From NCBI GenBank assembly GCA_038117265.1, contig JAYOFO010000008.1, positions 287 to 64,286 on the forward strand: a stretch of 64,000 nt of DNA, in the 5' to 3' direction. This stretch comes from Rhodospirillaceae bacterium (GTDB lineage Bacteria; Pseudomonadota; Alphaproteobacteria; UBA6615). The translations under genes were made by a program, and so were the position numbers. Below the pieces are notes generated by a model. That model did no database searches and was not told the origin of the DNA. It worked only from the letters and a program-made list of their open reading frames with translations. Shown one piece after another: positions 40,339-50,566 of the stretch (position 1 is the stretch's first letter; the number at the start of each line of letters is the position of its first letter).

Positions 40339-42888
40339 ATGCCAAAGCGCATGTTGATCGAGGCGACACATCCCGAGGAGACCCGGGTCGTTGTTGCCGA
40401 CGGCAACGACCTTCTTGAATTCGATTACGAAACCTCGACCAAGCGTCAGATCAAGAGCAACATCTATCTGGCCAAGGTCACACGCGTCGAACCCTCCTTG
40501 CAGGCGGCGTTCGTCGATTTCGGCGGCAACCGCCACGGTTTCCTGGCCTTCAACGAAATCCACCCCGACTACTACCGGATTCCGGTCGAGGATCGCGAGA
40601 AGCTGCTCGCCGAGACCGAGGAAGAGGAGGAGGAAGACGGGGCCGAGGGCAACGGCGAGGACGGCGAAGAGGTCGAGGTCGTCGGTGACGGCCATGACGA
40701 GGACATTCACGACCTCAGCGACGAGCATCGCCGGCGGCTGCGCAAGCTCACCCGCACCTACAAGATCCAGGAGGTCATCAAGCGCCGCCAGATCCTGCTG
40801 GTGCAGGTGGTCAAGGAAGAGCGCGGCAACAAGGGTGCGGCCCTGACGACCTATCTGTCGCTGCCGGGCCGATACTGCGTGCTGATGCCCAACACCTCTC
40901 GCGGCGGCGGGATCAGCCGGAAGATCACCGACGCCAAGCACCGCAAGAGCATGAAGGCGATCCTTTCCGACCTGGAAGTTCCCGAGGGCATGGCGGTCAT
41001 CATGCGCACCGCGGGTGTCGGACGGACCAAGGCCGAGATCAAACGCGACTTCGAGTATTTGCGTCGCCTGTGGGACGAGATTCGCGAAACCACGCTCGAT
41101 TCGACTGCCCCGGCCCTGATCTACGAGGAAGGCGACGTCATTAAGCGGGCGCTCCGCGACATTTACGACCGCGACATCGACGAGGTGCTCGTCGAGGGCG
41201 AGGAAGCCTACAAGTCGGCCAAGGCGCTGATGCGTACGATGATCCCGTCGCACGCAAAGCGCGTGCAAAAGTACGAGGACGTCGGAATCCCGCTGTTCAA
41301 TCGCTATCAGATCGACCAGCAGCTCGACGAGATTCACGAGCCGATCGTGCAGCTCAAGTCCGGCGGCTACATCGTCATCAACACCACCGAGGCGCTGGTC
41401 GCAATCGACGTGAACTCCGGCCGATCGACGCGCGAACGCAACGTCGAGCAGACCGCATACCGGACGAATCTCGAGGCGGCCGACGAGGTCGCACGCCAGC
41501 TTCGCCTGCGCGACCTGGCGGGGCTGGTCGTCATCGACTTCATCGACATGGATGTTTCGCGCAACAACCATGCGGTGGAGCGCCGGCTCAAGGAGGCGAT
41601 GAAGTCCGATCGCGCGCGCATCCAGATCGGGCGCATCTCGGCCTTCGGACTCCTCGAACTGTCGCGCCAGCGCATGCGGCCGAGCCTACTCGAGGCGCAC
41701 TCCCAGCTTTGCCCCGTCTGCGCCGGATCGGGATTCGTGCGTTCGACGGAATCGACCACCATGTCGATCCTGCGGGAGCTTGAGGAAGAGGGCCTGCGAA
41801 AGCGCGCCAGCGAGGTGACCGTCACCGCGCGCACCGATGTGGCCCTCTACCTGCTCAACCAGAAGCGGGATTCGCTGCGCGACATCGAGGATCGCTACGG
41901 CTTCAAGATCCTCGTCCTCGCCGACGGCGAACTTGCGCCCTCGGAGTACGAAATCGAGCACACGCGCGCCGCATCCGGCGATGGCGAGGAATCGGCAGTC
42001 GAGGAGAAATCCGATGAAGGCGGTTCGCGTCGCCGCTCGCGCCGCGGACGCCGCCGGCCCGAAGAGGAGAGCGCCCGCAGCGCCGACCGCAGCGACAGTG
42101 CCGAGGATGCGGCTGACGAGGCGGAAGCCGGTGCCGAGGACGAGGATGGCGACGACGAGGACGACGAGGAGCGCGGCTCGCGCCGTGGCGGACGCCGGCG
42201 TGGGCGTCGCGGCGGCAGACGTCGCCGTCGCACGACGGACGGGGACGAGACGGGAGTCGAGGCGAGCGACGTCGACGAAACCGCGGAGAGCGGCGACGCC
42301 GACGAAGCTGTCGATGCGACCGAGGAGGCCGAGCGCGGCGCAGGAAGCAGTGACGAAGACGACGAGGATCGGCCGCGCCGCCGGCGCCGGCGGCCCCGCC
42401 GTCGGGGGCGGCGCACCCGTAACGGCGAAGACGATGTGAATGGCGACGAGGCCGTTGCGGTCGCTGCGGAAGCGGAAAGCGCCGACGCGGTAAGCGAAGA
42501 CGACGCAGCGGCCGAGGACAACGCCACCGCTTCGGAGCCCGGCATCGACGCGCATGACGAGCCGGACGACGACGAGGACGAAGAGAACGCGGTCGATACC
42601 GACCTTGACATTCCCGAGCCCGTGTCGAATGCGATGGAGCGCGACGACGTGGCGGACATCGACCTGCCGCCGGAAACGGAAAGCGCCGACGACGCGGAAG
42701 ACGGGCACGAGACAGCGGACCCCGTTGCGGCTGCGGACGACACCGTTGAGGCGCCGGACGTCACCGACGAACCGGAGCCCGAGCCGCGTGCGGAACAGGA
42801 GCCTGAGCCGGAGCCCGTCGCCGAGGTTCCCGATGACCGGCCGCGCCGGTCGGGATGGTGGAGCCGCGCCACGTCGAGCGCCGAGTAG
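40339..42888 (+). CDS. rne: Ribonuclease E
   Basis: N-terminal S1 and catalytic domains (MLIEATHPEETRVV, IYLAKVTRVEPSLQAAFVDFG, DNase I-like and Zn-link CPVCAGSG); acidic insertion EEEEEEDGAEGNGEDGEEVEV within the S1 region; low-complexity Arg-rich/acidic C-terminal scaffold. Confidence 0.9.
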   Translation: MPKRMLIEATHPEETRVVVADGNDLLEFDYETSTKRQIKSNIYLAKVTRVEPSLQAAFVDFGGNRHGFLAFNEIHPDYYRIPVEDREKLLAETEEEEEEDGAEGNGEDGEEVEVVGDGHDEDIHDLSDEHRRRLRKLTRTYKIQEVIKRRQILLVQVVKEERGNKGAALTTYLSLPGRYCVLMPNTSRGGGISRKITDAKHRKSMKAILSDLEVPEGMAVIMRTAGVGRTKAEIKRDFEYLRRLWDEIRETTLDSTAPALIYEEGDVIKRALRDIYDRDIDEVLVEGEEAYKSAKALMRTMIPSHAKRVQKYEDVGIPLFNRYQIDQQLDEIHEPIVQLKSGGYIVINTTEALVAIDVNSGRSTRERNVEQTAYRTNLEAADEVARQLRLRDLAGLVVIDFIDMDVSRNNHAVERRLKEAMKSDRARIQIGRISAFGLLELSRQRMRPSLLEAHSQLCPVCAGSGFVRSTESTTMSILRELEEEGLRKRASEVTVTARTDVALYLLNQKRDSLRDIEDRYGFKILVLADGELAPSEYEIEHTRAASGDGEESAVEEKSDEGGSRRRSRRGRRRPEEESARSADRSDSAEDAADEAEAGAEDEDGDDEDDEERGSRRGGRRRGRRGGRRRRRTTDGDETGVEASDVDETAESGDADEAVDATEEAERGAGSSDEDDEDRPRRRRRRPRRRGRRTRNGEDDVNGDEAVAVAAEAESADAVSEDDAAAEDNATASEPGIDAHDEPDDDEDEENAVDTDLDIPEPVSNAMERDDVADIDLPPETESADDAEDGHETADPVAAADDTVEAPDVTDEPEPEPRAEQEPEPEPVAEVPDDRPRRSGWWSRATSSAE

Positions 42889-42915
42889 GCCCCGACCCGA
42901 AGGCGCCGCCTGGAA

Positions 42916-44076
42916 TCAGGCGATTGTCCCGGCGCGCCATGCGCGCAGGCGCGCGATCGCCTGGCGCATGTCGTCTTCGGTGCCCGCGAACGAGAACCTT
43001 ATGAAGGCGTTGCCGCGATAGGGGTCGAAGTCCAGCCCCGGCGTCGCGGCCACATGCGCCTCGTTGAGCATGCGCCGGCAGAACTCCGGGCTGTCGTTGG
43101 TCATCGCCCCGACATCGGCATAGATGTAGAAGGCGCCGTCGGCCGGAGCGAGACGGTCGAAGCCGACCCGGGGCAGTTCCGCGAGCAGGATTTCGCGGTT
43201 GCGGGCATAGGCCGCCACATTGGCGCGCAACTCCTCCTCGCTGTCGAACGCGGCGATCGCGGCGGCCTGCGAGAGCGACGGCGGAGAGATGAACAGGTTC
43301 TGGGTCAGGCATTCGACCGCCCGCAGCATCGACGTCGGCACCACGAGCCAGCCGAGCCGCCAGCCGGTCATCGAGAAGTACTTCGAGAAGCTGTTGATCA
43401 CGACCGCCTCGCCATCATGGGCGAGCGCGGTGACCGCATCGTGGCCGTAGGTGATGCCGTGGTAGATCTCATCGGAAATGAAACGGATCCCGCGCGACCG
43501 GCAGTAATCTACCAGAGTGCGCATGCCCGCGTCGTCGACCATCGTACCTGTGGGGTTCGATGGGCTCGCGATGATCAGGCCGTCGAGATCGCCGTCGAGG
43601 TCGTCGAGCCGCGCCGGCGTCGGCTGGTAGCGATCCGCCAATTGTGTCTCGACCACGACCGGCTCGATGCCCAGCGCCGACAGGATGTTCCGGTAGGCCG
43701 GGTAGCCCGGCGCCGCGAGGGCCACCCGGTCGCCGACATCGAACGCCGCGAGAAACGCCAGCAGGAAACCGCCGGACGACCCTGTCGTTACGACGACCTG
43801 TGCCGGATCGACAACGACCCCGTAGAAATCGGCATAGTGCCTGGCGATCCGTTCGCGCAGCGCGGGAACGCCGAGCGCGTCGGTATATCCCAGCCGATCA
43901 TCGCGCAGCGCCTGTGCGGCGGCTTCGAGAACCTTCGCCGGAGCCGGAGTGCCGGGCTGGCCCACCTCGAGATGCACGATGTCCTCGCCCTGTGCGGCAA
44001 GCGCATTAGCCTCGCGCATGACATCCATGACGATGAACGGGTCGATGCGCCCGCGCACCGAAGTCTTGAGCGTCAT
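42916..44076 (-). CDS. Pyridoxal phosphate-dependent aminotransferase (class I/II, aspartate aminotransferase family)
   Basis: 386 aa, PLP lysine context SFSKYFSMTGWRLGW, SPSNPTG motif. Confidence 0.8.
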   Translation of the reverse strand: MTLKTSVRGRIDPFIVMDVMREANALAAQGEDIVHLEVGQPGTPAPAKVLEAAAQALRDDRLGYTDALGVPALRERIARHYADFYGVVVDPAQVVVTTGSSGGFLLAFLAAFDVGDRVALAAPGYPAYRNILSALGIEPVVVETQLADRYQPTPARLDDLDGDLDGLIIASPSNPTGTMVDDAGMRTLVDYCRSRGIRFISDEIYHGITYGHDAVTALAHDGEAVVINSFSKYFSMTGWRLGWLVVPTSMLRAVECLTQNLFISPPSLSQAAAIAAFDSEEELRANVAAYARNREILLAELPRVGFDRLAPADGAFYIYADVGAMTNDSPEFCRRMLNEAHVAATPGLDFDPYRGNAFIRFSFAGTEDDMRQAIARLRAWRAGTIA

Positions 44077-44084
44077 CGTGTGAC

Positions 44085-45635
44085 CTACTCGTCTGCGCTA
44101 ACAGCGAGACCGTGCGAACGCGGGTCCTTGACGAACTGACAGGTTTGCACGCGCGGCAGACCGCGGGGGCAATAGAACCCGTTGATCCGCGCGATCTCCG
44201 CATCGACTTCCAGCGCGTGTCCCAACTCCCGCAGCGCGGCGCGCGACGCTTCCGGCATCGCGGCCTCGACATGGGACTTGTCGGGTTCGCCGGTGTTAAA
44301 GGCGCGCGGTGCCGCGACCGCACCGACCATGTCCTCTGCATCGTCCCGCAAGGTGCGCAAGGCAACCGCGGCAACCGCGACGGGGCTCGGTCCGGTTCCC
44401 GCGGCCGCAAAGTACGTCAGACCGACATTCTCGTTCGCAACGAGCGCCACCGAGGGAAACGATGCCCTTATGGACCCCGGCACGGCGAGCAGGATGCCCG
44501 TCCCCGGCGCCACGGCGCCGGCCCCGAACGGACCGTTCATCGTGAACGAACAGGCAACGGTGCGCCCCTGATTGTCGACGGCGACAATGCTCGCCCCGTC
44601 ATGCGCCCTGCCCGTGGCAAACATCGCACCGCCGACCACCGGCCGGTGTGCGGTGTCGGATACCTCACCGATGAGCGAGCCGATCGCACCCTCTGCAACG
44701 AGCTCGGCCGCACTGCGACCCGACAGAGCGTTCCGGTAGGCGCGTGCGCCATACTCAAGAAGCAGGTGATCGCGGACGGGGCCGGTGCCATCGCTGCCGG
44801 AGAACCGTTCGTCGGCCTGTGCCGCAGCCCAGACCTGGGCCGAGACCGTACCGCCCGAATTGTGCGGGAAAAACAGGAACCGGTCGCCGAGTTCGAACCG
44901 CACCGGGGTCTGGAGTTCGGGCTTGTAGTTTCGCAAATCCTTGATCGTCACGCCGCCACCCGCGGCACGGACAGCCGATGCGAAGTTCCGACCCAGTGTT
45001 CCGTCGTAGAAAGCGCCCGGCCCGAGAGTGCGGATGTTCGAGATTACGGCCGCAAGGTCGATCTGCCGCAGCAGCCGTCCCTCGGCGACCACGCCCCCGC
45101 CGAAGATCGCACGTGCGCCGGGGTCCGCCTCGACCCTGTTGTGCGACTCCGCGTAATCGCGCGCGAAGGCACGCGAGACCGCATGGCCGTCGCGCGCAAA
45201 CTCCTCGGCCGGCACCAGGAGATCGGCCCAGTTGAGTTCGCCATAACGCGCGTGCAAGAGGAACATGCCGCGCACATTCCCGGGCACGGCAAAGGACGCA
45301 TTGCCGTCTGCTGCGCGGCCCGGCAAGAAAGAGATCACCTCGGTCTGAATCCGGACCGCATCGTGGACCAGGCAGACACCGCCGCCGCCCAGGCTGGCAG
45401 ATCCCGGCATCGTGACGGCCATTGTGAAATAGGCCGCAACCGCCGCATCCGCTGCCGTTCCGCCGGCCGACAAGACCTCGCGTCCAACGAGGGCAGCATG
45501 CGGCTCATCGGCAATCAGACCACCGAAGAACCCCTCGATGTATCCGATGTCGCCTTGCTGCGGGCCGCCACCGGTGCATGCGGCCAGTGCCAGCCCCGCA
45601 AGCACCACGAACCGGGAGCCTGATTGACGCCACAT
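44085..45635 (-). CDS. ggt: Gamma-glutamyltransferase family protein (probable lipoprotein)
   Basis: Lipobox signal MWRQSGSRFVVLAGLALAAC, GGT-type motifs around the Thr nucleophile region (SFTMNGPFGAG); upstream part of the long ORF rejected. Confidence 0.75.
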   Translation of the reverse strand: MWRQSGSRFVVLAGLALAACTGGGPQQGDIGYIEGFFGGLIADEPHAALVGREVLSAGGTAADAAVAAYFTMAVTMPGSASLGGGGVCLVHDAVRIQTEVISFLPGRAADGNASFAVPGNVRGMFLLHARYGELNWADLLVPAEEFARDGHAVSRAFARDYAESHNRVEADPGARAIFGGGVVAEGRLLRQIDLAAVISNIRTLGPGAFYDGTLGRNFASAVRAAGGGVTIKDLRNYKPELQTPVRFELGDRFLFFPHNSGGTVSAQVWAAAQADERFSGSDGTGPVRDHLLLEYGARAYRNALSGRSAAELVAEGAIGSLIGEVSDTAHRPVVGGAMFATGRAHDGASIVAVDNQGRTVACSFTMNGPFGAGAVAPGTGILLAVPGSIRASFPSVALVANENVGLTYFAAAGTGPSPVAVAAVALRTLRDDAEDMVGAVAAPRAFNTGEPDKSHVEAAMPEASRAALRELGHALEVDAEIARINGFYCPRGLPRVQTCQFVKDPRSHGLAVSADE

Positions 45636-45677
45636 TCCTGTGTACCTAGTTTTCCTGATGGTCCTGAAGAGAAACAC

Positions 45678-47030
45678 GTGCGCTCGCTTGTCCGACTGAT
45701 TGGCCTGATCACCGCGCTTGCCGTCGTGGGAAGCGCCCCTGCGGTCAGCCAGGGGCGCAGTGTGGGGCTGGTCCGCGATGCCGAAATCGAAAATATCATC
45801 CGCGACTACGCCACGCCAATTTTCAATGCGGCGGGCCTCGATACCACATCTGTGCGAATCCATCTGGTCAACGATGAGCGACTCAACGCGTTCGTCGCCG
45901 GTGGGCAGCGCATGTTCATCAACACCGGGCTGTTGATGCGCGCCTCCCATCCCGAAGAGGTCATAGGCGTCATCGCCCATGAGGCGGGCCACATCGCTGG
46001 CGGCCATCTGGCGCGTTTCCAGGATGAGCTGCGGAACGCCCGCACCACATCGATCCTGTCCATGATACTCGGCACCGCAGCGGGACTCGCTGCGCGCGAT
46101 GGCCGCGTTGCCGGCGCCGTCATCAGCGGCAGCAACCAGGCTCTCCTGCGCGACCTGCTGAAGTACAGCCGCACGCAGGAATCCGCAGCCGATGCGGCCG
46201 CGCTCAAGTATCTCGACCAGACCGGCATTTCGGCGCGCGGCCTGCTGGAGTTCTTCGAACTGCTCCAGCGCGACGTCCGCCTGTCCGGAGGGCGCGAACA
46301 CCCGTATCTGAGCACCCATCCCCTGACCAACGACCGTATGGCAGCCGTGTCGAGCCATCTGGCGCTGTCGCGCTTTGCCGACGCCGGGCCCTCCCCCGAT
46401 CTCGCCAGGAAGCACGCCTACATGCGGGCAAAGCTGATCGGCTTCACGGAACCGCTGGAACGGACGCTCGAGATCTATGGCGACGACGACCAGAGCGCAC
46501 CGGCACGCTACGCCCGGGCCACGGCCTACTACCTCCAGTCCGATCTGGACCGCGCGCTTCCCCTGATAGACGGGCTGATCGTCGAGGAGCCTGAAAACCC
46601 CTACTTCTATGAGCTCAAGGGGCAGATGCTGCTGGAAAACGGGCGGGTCGCGGAGTCCATCGTGCCGTACCAACGCATGGTCGATCTCGCCCCCGACGAG
46701 GCGCTGCTGCGCATGGCGCTTGCCAAGGCGCAGGTCGAAACCGGTGACAAGACGCTGCTCTCGCCGGCACTCGAACACCTCCAGGCAACAGTGCGCCTCG
46801 AGCCGGACCTTCAGGGCGCTTGGCGATTGCTGACCGTGGTCCAGGGGCGTCTCGGCAACCAGGGTGAACTCGCCCTGGCCCAGGCCGAATACGCGCTGCT
46901 TGGCGACGACCCCAAGGCCGCCAAGGCGCACGCGGAACGGGCCATCGAACTGCTGCCAACGGGCGCACCGGGCTGGCTGCGCTCGCAGGACATCGTCAGC
47001 GAGGCCGATCGCCAGATCGAGGAGCGCTGA
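45678..47030 (+). CDS. M48 family zinc metalloprotease with TPR-like C-terminal domain (BepA/YfgC-like)
   Basis: Signal peptide, HEAGHIAGGH zinc motif, C-terminal TPR-like helices; GTG start chosen to avoid divergent overlap with ggt start. Confidence 0.7.
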   Translation: MRSLVRLIGLITALAVVGSAPAVSQGRSVGLVRDAEIENIIRDYATPIFNAAGLDTTSVRIHLVNDERLNAFVAGGQRMFINTGLLMRASHPEEVIGVIAHEAGHIAGGHLARFQDELRNARTTSILSMILGTAAGLAARDGRVAGAVISGSNQALLRDLLKYSRTQESAADAAALKYLDQTGISARGLLEFFELLQRDVRLSGGREHPYLSTHPLTNDRMAAVSSHLALSRFADAGPSPDLARKHAYMRAKLIGFTEPLERTLEIYGDDDQSAPARYARATAYYLQSDLDRALPLIDGLIVEEPENPYFYELKGQMLLENGRVAESIVPYQRMVDLAPDEALLRMALAKAQVETGDKTLLSPALEHLQATVRLEPDLQGAWRLLTVVQGRLGNQGELALAQAEYALLGDDPKAAKAHAERAIELLPTGAPGWLRSQDIVSEADRQIEER

Positions 47031-47140
47031 TCGCGGACAGTCACCTTTGTGTGACACGCTGGTGTGCGCCTTGAACCCGCCGGGCCGCTCCACCATCATC
47101 CGCCCGAGTTCGCCGTACAGCTATTCCAGGGAGCACATCC

Positions 47141-47959
47141 GTGCCCGAATCCCGCGGAGCCATTTTCGTCGCTTTTCTGATGGCAGCGATCGTCGCCCTC
47201 GCCATCGTGTTTCCCGATGTCGAGCGCCGAACGACGGGCCCGATCGTCGTCGAAACAACCGGTACATCCTCGGGCCGCGACACGGCGAACGGCCCCTTCG
47301 ATGCGCTCGAGCGCAACGAAATTCGCAATACCGTGCGCTCCTACCTGCTGGAAAACCCGACCGTGATCGTCGAGGCGCTCGAAATCCTGCAGGCGAGCCA
47401 GCAGCAGACGGAACAGCGTCGCAGCAGCGACGCGCTCGCGTCGCACATGGACCGGCTCACGAAGGCGCATCGAGACCCCTCCGTGGGCAATCCCGACGCC
47501 TCGGTAACGATCGTCGAGTTCTTCGACTACCAGTGCCCCTACTGCAAGCGTATGGCCGAGGACGTCGCCGCGATCGTCGCCGCCAACCCCGATGTGCGCA
47601 TCGTCTACAAGGAATTCCCCGTCTTAAGATCGGAATCCACGCTCGCGACGCGCGCCGCGCTGGCCGCGTACCGCCAGGGCAAGTACCAGGAGTTCCACCT
47701 GGCCATAATGGGGTTGCGGGGTGCGCCCTCGGAAACGGCGATCATGCGTGTGGCCGACCGGCTGGGCCTCGACCTCGACCGTCTCCGCCGGGACATGCAG
47801 TCACCCGAGACCGAGCAGCTTATCCAGGCGAACTACCGCCTGGCGCAGGACATCGGCGTGCGCGGCACACCCGCCTTCGTCATCGGCGACCAGCTCGTGC
47901 CCGGTGCGCTCGACGCCGACAGCATGCGGGCATTGATCGCCGAGAAACGCGGCGGCTGA
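47141..47959 (+). CDS. DsbA family thiol:disulfide oxidoreductase (periplasmic, membrane-anchored)
   Basis: N-terminal TM/signal, CPYC active site in FFDYQCPYCKR. Confidence 0.75.
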   Translation: MPESRGAIFVAFLMAAIVALAIVFPDVERRTTGPIVVETTGTSSGRDTANGPFDALERNEIRNTVRSYLLENPTVIVEALEILQASQQQTEQRRSSDALASHMDRLTKAHRDPSVGNPDASVTIVEFFDYQCPYCKRMAEDVAAIVAANPDVRIVYKEFPVLRSESTLATRAALAAYRQGKYQEFHLAIMGLRGAPSETAIMRVADRLGLDLDRLRRDMQSPETEQLIQANYRLAQDIGVRGTPAFVIGDQLVPGALDADSMRALIAEKRGG

Positions 47960-47967
47960 TCCGCCCC

Positions 47968-48612
47968 CTACTCCGCGTCGGGTTGATTGTCCGGCAGCGC
48001 ATTCCGGAATGCATCGAGCGTGAGACACTCGGCACTGATGCGCATGACCGTCGGAAAGGCCGACAGGTCACACCCGAAGCGCTCGGCGTTGTAGACCTGC
48101 GGCACGATGCAGACATCAGCCATGGTCGGCGTGTCGCCGTGTGCGAAGCGGCCGGACCGGCCATCGGCGACCAGCCCCTCGAGCCCGCGCATCCCCTCGT
48201 CGATCCAGTGCTTGTACCAGGTCTCGTTCCGCGCCTCCTCACCGATATCGAAGGCCGCCCCCAGATGGCGCAGCACCCGCAGGTTGTTGAGCGGATGGAT
48301 GTCGCAGGCAATGGCCAGCGAGATGGCGCGGACGCGGGCCCGACCGCCCGCATCGGACGGCAGCAGGCGCGGCGTATCGGGCCGGCTTTCGTCGAGATAT
48401 TCCATGATCGCGAGCGACTGGACCACCGTGGTGCCGTCGTCGTCGATCAGGGTGGGCACGAGACCCTGCGGGTTGACCGTGAGATAGGCGTCCGAACTCT
48501 GGTCCTTGCGTCGCAGATGGACAAATTCCCGCTCGGCCTCGAGCCCCTTCAGGTTCAGCGCGATGCGCACGCGAAACGCCGCGGAAGAACGCCAATAGTC
48601 GAACAGCTTCAT
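47968..48612 (-). CDS. maiA: Maleylacetoacetate isomerase (zeta-class glutathione S-transferase)
   Basis: MKLFDYWRSSAAFRVRIALNLKG zeta-GST N-terminal signature; 214 aa. Confidence 0.8.
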   Translation of the reverse strand: MKLFDYWRSSAAFRVRIALNLKGLEAEREFVHLRRKDQSSDAYLTVNPQGLVPTLIDDDGTTVVQSLAIMEYLDESRPDTPRLLPSDAGGRARVRAISLAIACDIHPLNNLRVLRHLGAAFDIGEEARNETWYKHWIDEGMRGLEGLVADGRSGRFAHGDTPTMADVCIVPQVYNAERFGCDLSAFPTVMRISAECLTLDAFRNALPDNQPDAE

Positions 48613-48643
48613 CGCCTTCCCCCTTTCGCACCGGACGGTGCGT

Positions 48644-50566
48644 CTAGTCGTCCAGATTTCTGATGTCGAGCGCCGGGAGCGCGTCGGCGGGCGCAAACCC
48701 GAACACGCGCGCGTAGAAGCAGAGTTCCGCCTCGAGCGCCCGGCAGACATTCTCTGCCTTGCGGAACCCGTGACCCTCGCCCTCGAACAGGACGTAGGCA
48801 ACCGGAATACCCTTGGCGTCGAGCGCCGCGACCATCGCCTCGGCCTGGTTCGGCGGCACCACCTGGTCCTCGTCGCCCTGCAGGAAGATCACCGGACAAT
48901 CGAGGCCGTCGACATGGTTGATCGGCGAACGCTTCCGATAGACGGCCTCGGCTTCGGGCAACGGCCCGATCAGCCGGTCGAGATAGCGGCTCTCGAACTT
49001 GTGCGTGTCGCGCGCCAGGGTCATCAGATCGCCGATTCCGTACAGGCTGGCCCCGGCCGAGAAAGTGTCGCGGAAGGCCAGCGCGGCAAGGGTCGTGTAC
49101 CCGCCCGCGCTGCCACCGCGTATCGCCAGGCGCGCCGGATCGACAGCCCCCTGCGCAACCAGGTACTCCGCGCCTGCAACCATGTCGTCCACGTCGGCGA
49201 CTCCCCACGCGCCATAAAGCGCCTCACGGTAGGACCGCCCGAAACCCGTGCTGCCACGATAATTGACGTCGAGGACGGCGAAACCGCGGCTGGTCCAGTA
49301 CTGGATGCCGAGGCTGAACGAAGGCGATGTCGCCCCGGTCGGGCCGCCATGGCCACGCACGATCAGCGGCGGGCGCTCCGCCTCCGGGCCCGCAAAGTCT
49401 GCATTGCGCGGCGGATAGTGAAACCCGTGGGCCATCGCGCCGTCGGTCGTGGGGAACGAAATCTCACGGGGCGCGGATACGCTGTCGGGATCGATGTCCC
49501 CCGTAAAGGACCGGCGCACCACCTCCAGCGATCCGTCCGCCGGATCGAACAGGACAATGGCGGCCGGCGCGCGGGGCGAGGCCGCAACGAACGCGACCCG
49601 GCCACCGACGACGCGCACGCCGGAAATGTCGTCGTAGGGCACATCGGTCTCGACGAGACCCGTGCCGTCCAGGAAGCCGAGGCGCCAGCGCCCATCCTGC
49701 GACCATGCGCAGACGATCCCGCCATTCGGGCCGATATCGTAGGTCCGCATGCCGAACACCCATTGCGGCAGGCCGAACTCGGCTTCCAAGGGCGCCAGCG
49801 CAGCAACATTCCCGCCGTCCCAGGCATACAGATTCCACCATTCGGTAGGGTCGGAGACGAAGACCAGGCTCCCGTCGGGTCGCCATTCGGGCTGGAAGAC
49901 GGATTCCCCTTCTCCGCCGGCAACCCGCACGGGGTCGCCCGGCCGCCCTCCCGCATCCAGCTCGGCCACCCACAGCGAGGTGGCGTCCCACGGCATGTCG
50001 GGCAGCTCCCAGCTCAGCCAGGCAAGCCACCGCCCGTCGGGCGAAAGCCGGGGGTTGGAGACGAAGTCATGACCGGTAACCAGTTCCGCCACGGCGCCGT
50101 CGACGAGCGACACGGCCACGAGCGCATTCTCGACCCCGTCCTCGGTGTGCCGTTCGCGAACGCATATCAGGCGATCGCGCGCGCGGTCATGGCACATGTC
50201 GGCGAACCGATCGCCCGAATCCGCGGTCACGGCCTCGGGTACGCCGCCGGCCACCTGGCGATAGATGCGCTGATCGGCGAAGTTCACGAAGAAGACATCT
50301 CCGCCGGACACGAGCACCGCACCGCCGCCATACTCGTGGACGCGGGAGCGTACGGAATACGGTGCCGGCGTGACATCGATGCCGCCCCCGTTCGATTGAC
50401 GGACGAGCACCACACGGCCGCCCTCGGCCGGCCGGCCCTCGAGCCAATAGAGTGTGTCCCCGTCGACATGGATGCCGGCCAGAGAGATCGCCGTGTCGGC
50501 AATCATCGAAGCCGCGACCGGCGACGCCCAGGTGCCATAGGGCGCGATGGTCGGACCACCGCTCAC
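48644..50566 (-). CDS. S9 family serine peptidase (prolyl oligopeptidase/acylaminoacyl-peptidase-like) with N-terminal beta-propeller
   Basis: Catalytic triad context GGSAGGY, QGDEDQVVP, EGEGHGF in C-terminal alpha/beta hydrolase domain. Confidence 0.8.
   Translation of the reverse strand: MSGGPTIAPYGTWASPVAASMIADTAISLAGIHVDGDTLYWLEGRPAEGGRVVLVRQSNGGGIDVTPAPYSVRSRVHEYGGGAVLVSGGDVFFVNFADQRIYRQVAGGVPEAVTADSGDRFADMCHDRARDRLICVRERHTEDGVENALVAVSLVDGAVAELVTGHDFVSNPRLSPDGRWLAWLSWELPDMPWDATSLWVAELDAGGRPGDPVRVAGGEGESVFQPEWRPDGSLVFVSDPTEWWNLYAWDGGNVAALAPLEAEFGLPQWVFGMRTYDIGPNGGIVCAWSQDGRWRLGFLDGTGLVETDVPYDDISGVRVVGGRVAFVAASPRAPAAIVLFDPADGSLEVVRRSFTGDIDPDSVSAPREISFPTTDGAMAHGFHYPPRNADFAGPEAERPPLIVRGHGGPTGATSPSFSLGIQYWTSRGFAVLDVNYRGSTGFGRSYREALYGAWGVADVDDMVAGAEYLVAQGAVDPARLAIRGGSAGGYTTLAALAFRDTFSAGASLYGIGDLMTLARDTHKFESRYLDRLIGPLPEAEAVYRKRSPINHVDGLDCPVIFLQGDEDQVVPPNQAEAMVAALDAKGIPVAYVLFEGEGHGFRKAENVCRALEAELCFYARVFGFAPADALPALDIRNLDD

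Noticed and set aside
41900-42888. Repetitive Arg-rich and Asp/Glu-rich DNA, considered as possible tandem repeat or CRISPR-like array
   Set aside because: It is the low-complexity C-terminal scaffold region of RNase E, in frame and continuous with the catalytic domain; no spacer-repeat periodicity.
45636-47099. Upstream extension of the GGT ORF (44085-47099 frame)
   Set aside because: GGT homology and a lipoprotein signal peptide begin at MWRQSGS (45635); the extension is antisense to the M48 protease gene.
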